Part shown: one piece after another, positions 28,469-38,870 of the stretch | Position numbering within the stretch: the first letter of the stretch is position 1 | How the letters are laid out: each line of letters opens with the position of its first letter | Origin: an uncultured Lachnospiraceae bacterium | GTDB taxonomy: Bacteria > Bacillota > Clostridia > Lachnospirales > Lachnospiraceae | Length of the DNA: 64,000 nt | Direction of reading: 5' to 3' | Assembly (NCBI GenBank): GCA_948470755.1 | Contig: CAOKPU010000006.1 | Span: 7,723 to 71,722 of the forward strand | Notes under the pieces: generated by a model | What the model was told of the DNA's origin: nothing | The model's input: only the letters and a program-made list of their open reading frames with translations | The model's database searches: none | Translations under genes and position numbers: made by a program

Positions 28469-29531
28469 TTGCCGCCGCCTCCTCGTCTTCCGATGCCGGT
28501 TTGTTCATGATCTGGATGTTGAAAGGATCCACTTTAATGCCCACTTTTGTGCCTACGGGGAACATGCCCGTAGAATGCACCAGCCATTCAAAACCGCCCG
28601 CCATGACTTCCATTTCGTAATGCACTCCTTTGAAAATAAGATGAGTGACCATTCCCTGCAGTGCGCCTTCCTCCGGCGTTACCAGTTCCACGTCTTCCGG
28701 GCGTATGACCACATCCACCGGCCTGTTGCGTCCAAAACCGATATCCACGCAGGCAAACCTGACCCCCAGGATGGAAACGAGCTTATCTTCTAACATCACT
28801 GCATCAATGATGTTGCTGTCCCCGATAAAATCGGCGACAAAAGCATTTTCCGGTTCATTGTAAATAGTTTCCGGCGTACCTACTTGCTGGATATAGCCTT
28901 GGTTCATGACCACAATGGTGTCGGACATGGTTAGCGCTTCCTCCTGGTCGTGGGTTACGTAAATAAAGGTAATGCCGAGTTCATTTTTCAGGCGGATAAG
29001 TTCGTATTGCATATCCTGACGGAGTTTTAGGTCAAGGGCGCCTAAAGGTTCATCCAGAAGGAGGACCTTCGGTTCATTGACAATAGCTCTTGCAATAGCG
29101 ATGCGTTGCTGTTGGCCGCCGCTTAGGGAGTCGGGCATGCGTTTTTCAAATCCTTCCAGATTGACCAGTTTCAAGGCATATTTGATTTTGTCATTTATGT
29201 ATGTTTTCGGTTTGTTTTTTATTTTCAGCCCAAAGGCAATGTTTTCCGCAATATTCATATGGGAAAAAAGGGCGTATTTTTGGAATACGGTATTTAACTG
29301 GCGTTTGTTGGGGGGGAGGGTAGTAATATCCTGATTGTCGAAAACGACACGGCCCATATCGGGGGTCACGAACCCGCCGAGAATGCGTAGCGTTGTCGTC
29401 TTGCCGCAGCCGCTGGGGCCTAAAAGGGTCAGGAATTCATTTTCATGGATGTTGAGGTTCAGTTCATCCAGCACTATTTCACCGTCATAGGATTTGGATA
29501 TATCGACCAGATTAATTAGTTCTTTACTCAT
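28458..29531 (-). CDS. potA: Spermidine/putrescine ABC transporter ATP-binding protein
   Basis: It has Walker A (GPSGCGKTT), the LSGGQQQR signature, Walker B (LLLDEP), and a C-terminal TOBE-like domain. Confidence 0.9.
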   Translation of the reverse strand: MSKELINLVDISKSYDGEIVLDELNLNIHENEFLTLLGPSGCGKTTTLRILGGFVTPDMGRVVFDNQDITTLPPNKRQLNTVFQKYALFSHMNIAENIAFGLKIKNKPKTYINDKIKYALKLVNLEGFEKRMPDSLSGGQQQRIAIARAIVNEPKVLLLDEPLGALDLKLRQDMQYELIRLKNELGITFIYVTHDQEEALTMSDTIVVMNQGYIQQVGTPETIYNEPENAFVADFIGDSNIIDAVMLEDKLVSILGVRFACVDIGFGRNRPVDVVIRPEDVELVTPEEGALQGMVTHLIFKGVHYEMEVMAGGFEWLVHSTGMFPVGTKVGIKVDPFNIQIMNKPASEDEEAAAIEE

Positions 29532-29588
29532 CTTGGATACCTCCGGTATATGATCTTTCTTAAGTAAATAGGGAATAGCCGTAGCGCT

Positions 29589-30131
29589 TTAAAAACTGGG
29601 GGGCGAGCTGACCCACAAAATGACGGCCCCTGTTTTTGGGCTTGCCGTTATGTAGTGGGTAGTGTTGGGGATAAAATAGAAAGATTCCCCTTTTTTTGCC
29701 CTTATCGTTTTTTTGCCCATGACGACTGTAATGCTTCCGGACAGCACATAGCCGAATTCTTCCCCTTCGTGGGGGTTATCCGGATAAGTGGAACCGCCGG
29801 GTTTTAAGGTAAGACGGATCGGCTCCATAATATTTTTCTGCGCATTCGGGATGATCCATTCTACCGTGTTGCCAAGCTCTTCGTCCACTTTTTCAAAATA
29901 ATCCGAATCGTGGAAGACGATTTGCTCTTCCTTAGGGCTTTCGGCAAAGAATTCCTGTATGTCTGTGCCGAGACATTGGAGGATATCCACTAGCGTCGCA
30001 ATGGAGGGGGAGGTGAGATCCCTTTCCAACTGGGAAATGAAGCCTTTGGATAGTTCGCACCGGCCTGCCAGCTCTTCCTGGGTTAATCCTTTTTGTATTC
30101 TTAATTCCTTTAATCTGTTTCCTATTTTCAT
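29589..30131 (-). CDS. XRE-family HTH transcriptional regulator with a C-terminal cupin domain
   Basis: It begins MKIGNRLKELRIQKGLTQEELA (HTH) and has a cupin-like C-terminus. The start was chosen at the internal ATG 30131. Confidence 0.8.
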   Translation of the reverse strand: MKIGNRLKELRIQKGLTQEELAGRCELSKGFISQLERDLTSPSIATLVDILQCLGTDIQEFFAESPKEEQIVFHDSDYFEKVDEELGNTVEWIIPNAQKNIMEPIRLTLKPGGSTYPDNPHEGEEFGYVLSGSITVVMGKKTIRAKKGESFYFIPNTTHYITASPKTGAVILWVSSPPSF

Positions 30132-30304
30132 CGTGTCCGCATCTCTTGAAATTAAATGATAATAAACATAAAGTTTACTGTTACTAAACAAACGCTGATA
30201 CTCATTATACTAGGAGTTGCACGGATGTCAATAGGGAATGACAAAAAAATAGAAATGTGTTACAATAAATGAAATATTCTATATTTATGGAGGAGAGCGG
30301 TCCG

Positions 30305-31363
30305 ATGGAAAAAGGAAAATATGTGGCGTATGTTTCAACCTATACGATGGGCAAGGGCGACAAACACGGGATTAAGATTTATGATGTGGACATGGAAAAT
30401 GGAAGACTGTATGCAAAAGACCAGGTAGAAATCACGAATTCTTCTTACGTAACGATCTCCCATAATAAGAAGTATCTTTATTCGATCACGGATTTTGGCG
30501 TAGAGGCATTCCGGATATTGCCGGACGGCGAACTCAAGCTGATCGGCCATGCATCCATTAACGGGATGAGAGGATGTTATTTATCGACGGATTATGATGA
30601 CAAATATCTGTTCGTAGCAGGGTATCATGACGGGAAGATTACCGTACTTAGGCTGAACGAAGATGGATCCGCAGGGGATATTACGGATGAGATTTTTCAT
30701 AAAGGGCTGGGAAGCATTGCGGAGAGGAATTTCAGGCCCCATGTGAATTGCGTAAAGATGACGAGGGATAATAAATATCTTTGCGCTGCGGATCTGGGCA
30801 TGGATCATGTAAAAGTATACCGCCTGGATAAGGAAAAAGGGACATTGAATCTGGCGGACGTCATCAGGAGCGAGCAGGAATCGGCGCCCAGGCATTTAAA
30901 ATTTTCGCCGGACGGCACGTTGCTGTATATTGTCCATGAGTTAAAGAATTATATCGATGTATATGGTTATCGGGAAGTGAACAATAACCCGGAATTTGAA
31001 AAACTGCAGACGGTTTCTACGCTGAATGATTACCATGCCAGCGGTTCTGCGGCGAGTGCGCTGAATTTCTCTACGGATTATCATTATATGGTAAGTTCCA
31101 ATGCAGGGGACAACAGCGTCGTGGTATACCGGATTGATTTTGAGAGCGGGCTGTTGTCAAAAGTACTGTGTCTTCCGATCAGCGGGGACTATCCCAAAGA
31201 TGCAGCCCTTTTCCCGGATAATAAGCATCTGGTGTCTTTAAATCATGAATCCGACACGATGACATTTTTCAACGTGGATATGGAAAAAGGGCTTCTTGTA
31301 ATGAACGGGCCGGAAATCAAAGTGGATAAACCCAATTGTATTATTTTCCATAAGCTGGGTTAG
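30305..31363 (+). CDS. Beta-propeller lactonase family protein (6-phosphogluconolactonase-like)
   Basis: It has a repeated-blade pattern and ..PRHLKFSPDG... The ATG at 30305 follows GGAGGAG. Confidence 0.65.
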   Translation: MEKGKYVAYVSTYTMGKGDKHGIKIYDVDMENGRLYAKDQVEITNSSYVTISHNKKYLYSITDFGVEAFRILPDGELKLIGHASINGMRGCYLSTDYDDKYLFVAGYHDGKITVLRLNEDGSAGDITDEIFHKGLGSIAERNFRPHVNCVKMTRDNKYLCAADLGMDHVKVYRLDKEKGTLNLADVIRSEQESAPRHLKFSPDGTLLYIVHELKNYIDVYGYREVNNNPEFEKLQTVSTLNDYHASGSAASALNFSTDYHYMVSSNAGDNSVVVYRIDFESGLLSKVLCLPISGDYPKDAALFPDNKHLVSLNHESDTMTFFNVDMEKGLLVMNGPEIKVDKPNCIIFHKLG

Positions 31364-32459
31364 CAGTATAAAAATCTTTCAGATAGGAAATGCGGGAAGA
31401 CATATTCCCTATCATAGCGTCCGCCAGCGTGAGGGCAGCCATTGCTTCCACTACGACTACGGCGCGGGGTACGATGATGGGGTCATGTCTTCCTTTTATT
31501 TGGATACGTATATTTTCCCCGTTTTTATTCACGGTTTCCTGTTCCTGAAAGATAGAGGGAGTAGGTTTTATGTAGGCGCGCAGGATGATTTCCGATCCAT
31601 CGCTGATGCCGCCTAAGATTCCGCCGGCATGGTTTGTTTTCTTCATGATTTTCCCGTTTTCGGAAAAGAAGAAATCATTATTGGAGGAACCGTTTGCAAA
31701 GCTGGCCTTAAAGCCGTCGCCGATTTCAAAAGCTTTGACGGCGCCGATGGACATGACGGCTTTTGCCAGATTGGCGTCCAGTTTTTCAAAGACCGGATCG
31801 CCGATGCCGGCGGGCAGCCCTTGGATGCGGCACTCGATAACGCCTCCGGCAGAATCCTTGTTGGCCATGCAGGAAGCCAGATATTTTCCCGCCCTTTCAT
31901 CCGCTTCGTAATCCGGCATACAGGTAGGGGTTTTTAAAATGGCTTCTTTATGGAAAGAACTTTTGTTGATATGGATGGGGCCGATAGATTGGGTATAGGC
32001 ATAAACCTGTACTCCGAGTTCGTTTAAAATCCTGGCGGCCACGGCGCCGGCGGCCACTCGGCCGATAGTCTCCCGTCCGGAAGAACGTCCGCCGCCCCGA
32101 TAATCGCGGAAGCCGTATTTTGCGTCAAAAGTATAGTCTGCGTGGCCGGGCCGGTAATAGGAGGCGATTTCGCTGTAATCCCGGGATTTCTGGGAGGTAT
32201 TCCTTACGATAAGGGAGATGGGGGAGCCGGTGGTAAGACCGTCAAAGACTCCGGAGAGGATTTCCACAAGGTCATCCTCCTTGCGGGGGGTGGAAATCTG
32301 CGTCCGGCCGGGTTTTCGCCGGTCTAAATAGTCTTGGATGTCCTTTTCGCAAAGGGGCAGGCCGGCCGGACAGCCGTCAATGACTACGCCTAAAGCTTTA
32401 CCGTGGGATTCGCCCCAAGTGGATATTTTTAAAAATGTGCCGAAAGTTGAACCTGACAT
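31341..32459 (-). CDS. aroC: Chorismate synthase
   Basis: It begins MSGSTFGTFLKISTWGESHGKALGVVIDGCPAG. The ATG at 32459 follows AAGGAG, so the longer ORF-track N-terminus was rejected. Confidence 0.9.
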   Translation of the reverse strand: MSGSTFGTFLKISTWGESHGKALGVVIDGCPAGLPLCEKDIQDYLDRRKPGRTQISTPRKEDDLVEILSGVFDGLTTGSPISLIVRNTSQKSRDYSEIASYYRPGHADYTFDAKYGFRDYRGGGRSSGRETIGRVAAGAVAARILNELGVQVYAYTQSIGPIHINKSSFHKEAILKTPTCMPDYEADERAGKYLASCMANKDSAGGVIECRIQGLPAGIGDPVFEKLDANLAKAVMSIGAVKAFEIGDGFKASFANGSSNNDFFFSENGKIMKKTNHAGGILGGISDGSEIILRAYIKPTPSIFQEQETVNKNGENIRIQIKGRHDPIIVPRAVVVVEAMAALTLADAMIGNMSSRISYLKDFYTANPAYGK

Positions 32460-32696
32460 AAGCAACTCCTTTTCTATCCGATGTTGTTTTGATTTTCTTA
32501 TAGGATTGAGGCGCCAAAGGATTTTTATCCAAAATCCTGAAGGCATCTTAATCATTATATAGAAAGAAAGAGTGGGTGGCAATAGTTTGTACCGGATATC
32601 TTGCGCGGCGGGGATGGATATGGTAAAGTGGATATGCATTGCCGAATCAGGCGAAGTGGATTGGTTTATCCGGAAAGGTGATGGAAAGGGAAAGGT

Positions 32697-33833
32697 ATGT
32701 ATCGGTTATTAAAGCAAGAAGGCAGGGCGAAGAGAGGGGAATTCCATACGGTACATGGAGTCATTCAGACGCCGGTATTTATGAATGTAGGGACGGCTGC
32801 GGCAATTAAAGGGGCTGTTTCCACGGAAGACCTGGAAGGCATAAAAACACAAGTGGAGTTGTCCAATACGTATCATCTCCATGTGAGGCCGGGAGATGGG
32901 ATTGTAAAGAAAATGGGAGGGCTTCACAAATTTATGTCGTGGGATAAGCCTATTTTGACAGATTCAGGGGGATTTCAGGTTTTTTCGCTGGCTTCGTTGA
33001 GGAAGATAAAGGAAGAAGGGGTTTATTTTAATTCCCATATCGATGGCCGGAAGATTTTTATGGGGCCGGAGGAAAGCATGAGGATACAGTCCAACCTTGC
33101 TTCAACGATAGCCATGGCCTTTGATGAATGTCCTTCCAGCCGGGCGGACAGGAAGTATGTGCAGGCATCCGTGGAACGGACCACCCGGTGGCTGGCGCGC
33201 TGTAAAGAAGAAATGAGCCGTTTGAACAGCCTGGATGATACGATTAACAGGCAGCAGATGCTCTTTGCCATTAATCAGGGCGCTGTTTTTGCGGATATCC
33301 GCATAGAACATGCAAAACGGATCGCGGAGATGGAATTGGACGGTTATGCGGTAGGAGGGCTGGCAGTAGGGGAGAGCCATGAGGAGATGTATTATATATT
33401 GGAAGAAACCGTTCCCTATCTGCCGGTGGAAAAACCTACTTACCTGATGGGAGTCGGAACTCCGGCGAATATTTTGGAAGGGGTGGAAAGAGGGGTAGAC
33501 TTTTTTGACTGCGTATATCCAAGCAGGAACGGGCGCCACGGACATTTATATACGAATCTGGGAAAAATTAATTTATTTAACGCTCAATATGAAACCGATG
33601 GCCGGCCGATAGAAGAAGGCTGCGACTGTCCTGCCTGCCGGCGTTATTCCCGTGCGTATATCCGCCATTTGCTTAAGGCAAAAGAAATGCTCGGGATGCG
33701 GCTTTGCGTCCTCCATAACTTATATTTTTACAATACGATGATGGAAGAAATCAGGAACGCCCTGGATCATAATTGTTTTGCGGAATACAAAAAGAATAAG
33801 CTTGCGAAAATGCAGGCTTCGTCGTTATCATAA
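32697..33833 (+). CDS. tgt: Queuine tRNA-ribosyltransferase (tRNA-guanine transglycosylase)
   Basis: It has ..TPVFMNVGT.., ..LTDSGGFQV.. and the zinc site CDCPAC.. Confidence 0.9.
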   Translation: MYRLLKQEGRAKRGEFHTVHGVIQTPVFMNVGTAAAIKGAVSTEDLEGIKTQVELSNTYHLHVRPGDGIVKKMGGLHKFMSWDKPILTDSGGFQVFSLASLRKIKEEGVYFNSHIDGRKIFMGPEESMRIQSNLASTIAMAFDECPSSRADRKYVQASVERTTRWLARCKEEMSRLNSLDDTINRQQMLFAINQGAVFADIRIEHAKRIAEMELDGYAVGGLAVGESHEEMYYILEETVPYLPVEKPTYLMGVGTPANILEGVERGVDFFDCVYPSRNGRHGHLYTNLGKINLFNAQYETDGRPIEEGCDCPACRRYSRAYIRHLLKAKEMLGMRLCVLHNLYFYNTMMEEIRNALDHNCFAEYKKNKLAKMQASSLS

Positions 33834-33950
33834 ATCGGCTGATAAAGAAATTTATCCACAAAGTACTTGTTTTCTCCCCCGTTTTTGTGTATGATGTCTA
33901 TTAAGCCGTTTCCAGGCTGGAGTGAAGATAAAGTTTAGGAGGAATTACGA

Positions 33951-34271
33951 ATGGGTATACTGTTGGCAGAAGGCGCGGCAGGCGGAGATGGAATGGGCGT
34001 TATTATGATAATAGAAATCGTACTGATTTTTGTTGTTTTTTATTTCATTATGCTCCGTCCGCAGAAAAAAGAGCAGAAAAGAGTGGCAGCTATGCTGGCT
34101 GCACTTGAAATAGGGGATTTCGTCCTGACAAGTAGCGGCATGTACGGCACGGTGATCGATATTACGGATGATACGGTGATTGTAGAATTCGGCAGCAACA
34201 AAAACTGCCGCATACCTATGCAGAAATCAGCAATTGCACAGGTGGAAAAATCAGAGGCAGAAGGAAAGTAA
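33951..34271 (+). CDS. yajC: Preprotein translocase subunit YajC
   Basis: It has a single TM helix followed by ..MLRPQKKEQKR.. and ..GDFVLTSSGMYGTV.. Confidence 0.8.
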   Translation: MGILLAEGAAGGDGMGVIMIIEIVLIFVVFYFIMLRPQKKEQKRVAAMLAALEIGDFVLTSSGMYGTVIDITDDTVIVEFGSNKNCRIPMQKSAIAQVEKSEAEGK

Positions 34272-34279
34272 TCATTATA

Positions 34280-34340
34280 AAAACGTCAATACCTTAGGTG
34301 ATTTTAAAATTTGTTGAAACTCCTAGTATTGGCGTTTTTA
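34280..34340 (+). terminator. Long-stem terminator after yajC
   Basis: AAAACGTCAATAC..GTATTGGCGTTTT arms (with a wobble and a bulge) are followed by a T-run. Confidence 0.55.
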
Positions 34341-34476
34341 TGTGGGAACCCATACACATAGACTTGAATTTTGGGATATTATACGATATTATGTTACAAG
34401 TAGGCTTTTATACTTTACTACGGCAAAGGATTGTGGATTTATAAACAAAGAATAAATATAAGGAGCGGATAATATC

Positions 34477-35565
34477 ATGGAATTGAAAATCGCATGTATT
34501 GCGGGCGACGGCATAGGGCCGGAGATCGTGGGGGAAGCAAGAAAAGTATTGGATGCAATAGCAAAGCGTTATGGTCATGAAATAAAATATACGGATATTT
34601 TAATGGGCGGGGCTTCTATTGACGTCCATGGAACCCCTTTAACTAAGGAAGCGGTGGAAGCGGCGAAAACGGCGGACGCAGTACTGATGGGATCTATTGG
34701 CGGGGATGCGTCGACTTCCCCATGGTATAAGCTGCCCCCAAGCCTAAGGCCTGAGGCGGGGCTTCTTGGCATCCGCAAGGCATTAAACCTTTTTGCGAAC
34801 CTGCGTCCTGCGGTCTTATATCCGGAACTTTCCGGGGCATGCCCGTTAAAGGCGGAAATCAGCGACAAGGGGTTTGATATGCTGATCATGAGGGAGCTGA
34901 CCGGCGGGCTTTATTTTGGAGATAGGAAAACTGTGGAAGAAGACGGGGTGAGAAAAGCCATCGATACCCTTGTGTATGATGAGAACGAAATCCGCCGCAT
35001 TGCGGTGAAAGGTTTTGATATCGCAAGAAAGAGAAAGAAAAAAGTAACCAGCGTGGATAAGGCCAATGTGCTGGATTCTTCAAGGCTTTGGAGAAACGTG
35101 GTGGAAGAAGTGGCAAAGGGCTACCCGGATGTGGCGCTGGAGCATATGCTGGTGGACAACTGCGCGATGCAGCTTGTGAAAGACCCGTCGCAGTTTGACG
35201 TGATCCTGACGGAAAATATGTTCGGGGATATTCTTTCCGATGAAGCGAGCATGGTAACCGGATCCATAGGGATGCTGGCTTCCGCATCATTAAATGATAC
35301 GAAGTTCGGATTGTATGAGCCAAGCCATGGGTCAGCCCCGGATATCGCAGGCAAGGATATTGCCAATCCGATTGCCACTGTATTATCGGCGGCTATGATG
35401 CTTAGGTATTCTTTTGACTTAGACAAAGAAGCGGACGCGGTGGAAGCGGCTGTAAAAGAAGTATTGAAAGAAGGCTACAGGACGACGGACATTATGTCGG
35501 AAGGCTGCCGGGAAGTGTCCTGTACAAAGATGGGTGATTTACTTGTGGAAAAATTGTGCAAATAG
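34477..35565 (+). CDS. leuB: 3-isopropylmalate dehydrogenase
   Basis: It has ..IAGDGIGPEI.., ..NLFGDILSD.. and ..GSAPDIAGK.. Confidence 0.9.
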   Translation: MELKIACIAGDGIGPEIVGEARKVLDAIAKRYGHEIKYTDILMGGASIDVHGTPLTKEAVEAAKTADAVLMGSIGGDASTSPWYKLPPSLRPEAGLLGIRKALNLFANLRPAVLYPELSGACPLKAEISDKGFDMLIMRELTGGLYFGDRKTVEEDGVRKAIDTLVYDENEIRRIAVKGFDIARKRKKKVTSVDKANVLDSSRLWRNVVEEVAKGYPDVALEHMLVDNCAMQLVKDPSQFDVILTENMFGDILSDEASMVTGSIGMLASASLNDTKFGLYEPSHGSAPDIAGKDIANPIATVLSAAMMLRYSFDLDKEADAVEAAVKEVLKEGYRTTDIMSEGCREVSCTKMGDLLVEKLCK

Positions 35566-37141
35566 GAAATGGTTCCATAATTTTCTATCGGACAAAGAAA
35601 ATAGGCTGTTTGCCTTATGGTTTGTGTGGATGGCGGTCTATTACTGCTATCGGATGTTTTCTTTGACGCCATGGTACGATGAACTGTATACATATTATTA
35701 TTTCATCAGCAGGGGGCCTGTTTATGCGGCCATTCATTGGCCTTTGCCGAATAACCATGTGGGCTATTCGGTCCTTTCCGGATTCTTTGATCTGTTGGGC
35801 AATCCGATCCTGGGGCTAAGGGGAGTGTCCTATTTAGCTGCATTGGCAAATCTGGCGCTGCTTTACCGGATAGGGAAAATGTGTTTTTCAAAAGGATGGT
35901 CTTTTTGCTGTGTTGTCTTATATTCTTGTATGCAGCTTGTCAACCAGTTGGCGGTACAGGGCAGGGGGTATACATTGGCAGTCTCCTGTTTTCTGACGGC
36001 TGTTTTTATGTTGCAGAAGATTGGTTGGAAGGAAGAGGAAGGGACGGGGAAAGGCTTTGGGACAAAAAAGGATGGCAAGTATTATATTATTTTCTCGCTA
36101 TCCTTAACCTTAGGGCTGTATATTCTGCCAAGCAGCGTGTACTGGGTGATTCCGGTATGTATAGCAGGAGGGCTGTTCCTGCTTTGTTATCAAAAAACCA
36201 GAAGGCTGGTTTTACTAATCATAAGCAGCGTGATCGCTGCATGGCATACGCTGCTCTTGTATATGCTTATCTGGCTGGCGATCGGCTCCAATTTGTTAAG
36301 CAAGGCGGAGGACGGGTTTTTTTACGGGCAAGGACATATAGCCATTATCCGATCGGCCCCTTTTTTGGCTTTTAAGACAGGCATGGATTATATGTTGTCT
36401 ACGCCATATATACAGAGTGTGGAAAGGGAAGGGTATTTTGCCAAACTGGCAGGGTGGTTCCGGTCTTTGTTTGATTTATATTATCCGGATATGGGGGAAG
36501 TTTTGCTGGTTGTTGCGGCTGTTGGTTTGGCGTTTACAATCCGGCGTGCATATAAGGCATATAAAGAAGGATGCAGGGAACGTTTTTTTCTCCTGCTTTT
36601 TATTGCAACAACCTTGCTGCTTATGCCGGCGTTTTTGACAATACAGTGCGCATTGCCTTATTTCCGGGTTTTTTCCTATATCGGGATCCCGCTTTCCATG
36701 TTGCTTTGTGCGCTGTTGCAGGGGATTGCCGGTAAATGCAGCGGATTGCCTGGCTTCCCCGTATGGAAGGCGGCGGGGGCGGTCTGTGCATTATTGGCAA
36801 TTGTATTGCTGCTTTCCAAGGGGTATAATAATGAGTACGGTTTGTCTGAATATTATGCAAAGGATGCTTTGGACAAAGCGGATGTGGAGATAGGCGGGAA
36901 TATATGCGTTACCGACTGCTATCAGCAGTATCTGCTGAAATTTTACTATGGCTTGGAATGTGAAAATATTGTAGTGGAAGGAACGGATATATTGCTTTTA
37001 CATAAAGAAATGACTATTCCGGGCGGCAGTTTCCGCTGGGAGTTTTATCATACTTATGATACGATTCCCTGGGATGTGGTAGAAGAGGGGATGCAGCCTG
37101 TTTATGAAAATGAAGAATATATCGTTTATAGAAGAAAATAA
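35534..37141 (+). CDS. Polytopic membrane protein, possibly a GT-C / GT39-like glycosyltransferase
   Basis: It has more than 10 TM helices and a WYDELYT acidic motif after the first TM, as in the GT-C first loop. The GTG start overlaps leuB and is uncertain. Confidence 0.45.
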   Translation: MIYLWKNCANRKWFHNFLSDKENRLFALWFVWMAVYYCYRMFSLTPWYDELYTYYYFISRGPVYAAIHWPLPNNHVGYSVLSGFFDLLGNPILGLRGVSYLAALANLALLYRIGKMCFSKGWSFCCVVLYSCMQLVNQLAVQGRGYTLAVSCFLTAVFMLQKIGWKEEEGTGKGFGTKKDGKYYIIFSLSLTLGLYILPSSVYWVIPVCIAGGLFLLCYQKTRRLVLLIISSVIAAWHTLLLYMLIWLAIGSNLLSKAEDGFFYGQGHIAIIRSAPFLAFKTGMDYMLSTPYIQSVEREGYFAKLAGWFRSLFDLYYPDMGEVLLVVAAVGLAFTIRRAYKAYKEGCRERFFLLLFIATTLLLMPAFLTIQCALPYFRVFSYIGIPLSMLLCALLQGIAGKCSGLPGFPVWKAAGAVCALLAIVLLLSKGYNNEYGLSEYYAKDALDKADVEIGGNICVTDCYQQYLLKFYYGLECENIVVEGTDILLLHKEMTIPGGSFRWEFYHTYDTIPWDVVEEGMQPVYENEEYIVYRRK

Positions 37142-37178
37142 AAAGAAAAACAGGAAAAAAAGTTAGGAGAGATGAGAA

Positions 37179-38849
37179 ATGAGAAGCGATTCCGTAAAAA
37201 CAGGCGCCCAGCAGGCGCCTCACAGAAGTTTGTTCAATGCACTTGGCTATACCGAGGAAGAAAGGAAACGGCCGATGATAGGCATTGTAAGTTCTTATAA
37301 CGAGATTGTACCGGGCCATATGAATCTGGATAAGATTGTGGAAGCGGTCAAGCTCGGCGTTGCTATGGCAGGCGGGATGCCGGTGGTCTTCCCTGCGATT
37401 GCCGTGTGTGACGGGATTGCAATGGGGCATATTGGAATGAAATATTCCCTGGTTACTAGGGACCTGATTGCGGACAGTACGGAATGCATGGCTTTGGCCC
37501 ACGGTTTTGACGGCCTTGTCATGGTGCCGAACTGCGATAAAAACGTGCCGGGGCTTTTGATGGCGGCGGCAAGGCTGAATATCCCTGCGATTTTCTGTTC
37601 CGGCGGCCCGATGCTGGCGGGAAGGGTAAAAGGGGAAAAGAGAAGCCTTTCTTCTATGTTTGAAGCGGTAGGAAGCGTGGCGGCAGGAACGATGTCCATG
37701 GAAGAACTTTGTGAGTTTGAGGAAAAAGTATGTCCGACTTGCGGCTCCTGCTCCGGCATGTATACGGCGAATTCCATGAATTGTTTAACGGAAGCGCTGG
37801 GAATGGGGTTAAAGGGCAACGGGACGATTCCGGCGGTATATTCGGAAAGGATCCGTCTGGCAAAGCATGCAGGCATGAAGATTATGGAATTGGTGGAAAA
37901 GGATATCAAGCCAAGGGATATTATGACGGAAAAGGCATTTTTAAATGCTTTGCGGATGGATATGGCCTTAGGCTGTTCCACGAACTCCATGCTTCACCTT
38001 CCGGCAATCGCGCATGAGGCCGGGGTGGAACTGGATCTGGAAGTGGCCAATAAACTTTCGGCGGATACGCCGAATTTATGCCATCTGGCTCCTGCAGGCC
38101 CTACTTATATGGAAGATTTGAACGAGGCGGGCGGCATCTATGCGGTAATGAATGAATTGAGTAAAAAAGGTTTATTGTATACGGATCTGATGACTGTGAC
38201 AGGAAAGACGGTGGGGGAGAATATAAAAGGGTGTATTAACAAAAACCCGGAAGTCATCCGTCCTTTGGAGAACCCTTATAGTGAAACGGGCGGCATTGCC
38301 GTGCTGAAAGGCAATCTTGCGCCGGATTCCTGTGTGGTAAAGCGTTCTGCGGTAGTACCGCAGATGATGGTACATGAAGGGCCGGCAAGAGTATTTGACT
38401 GTGAAGAAGATGCGATCGAAGCCATTAAAGGCGGAAAAATCGTGGAAGGGGATGTGGTGGTCATCCGCTACGAGGGGCCCAAAGGCGGCCCTGGCATGAG
38501 GGAAATGCTAAATCCCACCTCGGCCATTGCAGGAATGGGGCTTGGAGCCAGCGTAGCTTTGATTACGGACGGACGTTTTTCCGGCGCTTCCAGAGGAGCT
38601 TCCATTGGCCATGTATCGCCGGAAGCGGCAGTGGGAGGGCCGATTGCCCTGGTGGAAGAAGGGGATATCATCAGCATTAATATTCCGGAAAATACGATAA
38701 ACATGAAAGTGCCGGAAGAGGAACTGGAAAAAAGGAGGGAAAAATGGCAGCCCAGGGAGCCGAAGGTAACGACGGGATATTTGTCGCGTTACAGGGAACT
38801 GGTAACGAGCGGCAACCGTGGCGCTATTTTAGAGATACCACATAAATAA
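37179..38849 (+). CDS. ilvD: Dihydroxy-acid dehydratase
   Basis: It has ..CDKNVPG.., ..[16 protein letters not shown].. and ..LITDGRFSG.. Confidence 0.9.
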   Translation: MRSDSVKTGAQQAPHRSLFNALGYTEEERKRPMIGIVSSYNEIVPGHMNLDKIVEAVKLGVAMAGGMPVVFPAIAVCDGIAMGHIGMKYSLVTRDLIADSTECMALAHGFDGLVMVPNCDKNVPGLLMAAARLNIPAIFCSGGPMLAGRVKGEKRSLSSMFEAVGSVAAGTMSMEELCEFEEKVCPTCGSCSGMYTANSMNCLTEALGMGLKGNGTIPAVYSERIRLAKHAGMKIMELVEKDIKPRDIMTEKAFLNALRMDMALGCSTNSMLHLPAIAHEAGVELDLEVANKLSADTPNLCHLAPAGPTYMEDLNEAGGIYAVMNELSKKGLLYTDLMTVTGKTVGENIKGCINKNPEVIRPLENPYSETGGIAVLKGNLAPDSCVVKRSAVVPQMMVHEGPARVFDCEEDAIEAIKGGKIVEGDVVVIRYEGPKGGPGMREMLNPTSAIAGMGLGASVALITDGRFSGASRGASIGHVSPEAAVGGPIALVEEGDIISINIPENTINMKVPEEELEKRREKWQPREPKVTTGYLSRYRELVTSGNRGAILEIPHK

Positions 38850-38870
38850 GGCCATTAGGAGGAGACTGGT

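Noticed and set aside
34341-34476. Possible T-box or leader upstream of leuB.
   Set aside because: No T-box sequence, specifier-loop architecture or leader peptide rich in Leu/Ile/Val codons could be found by eye. The only clear structure is the yajC terminator.
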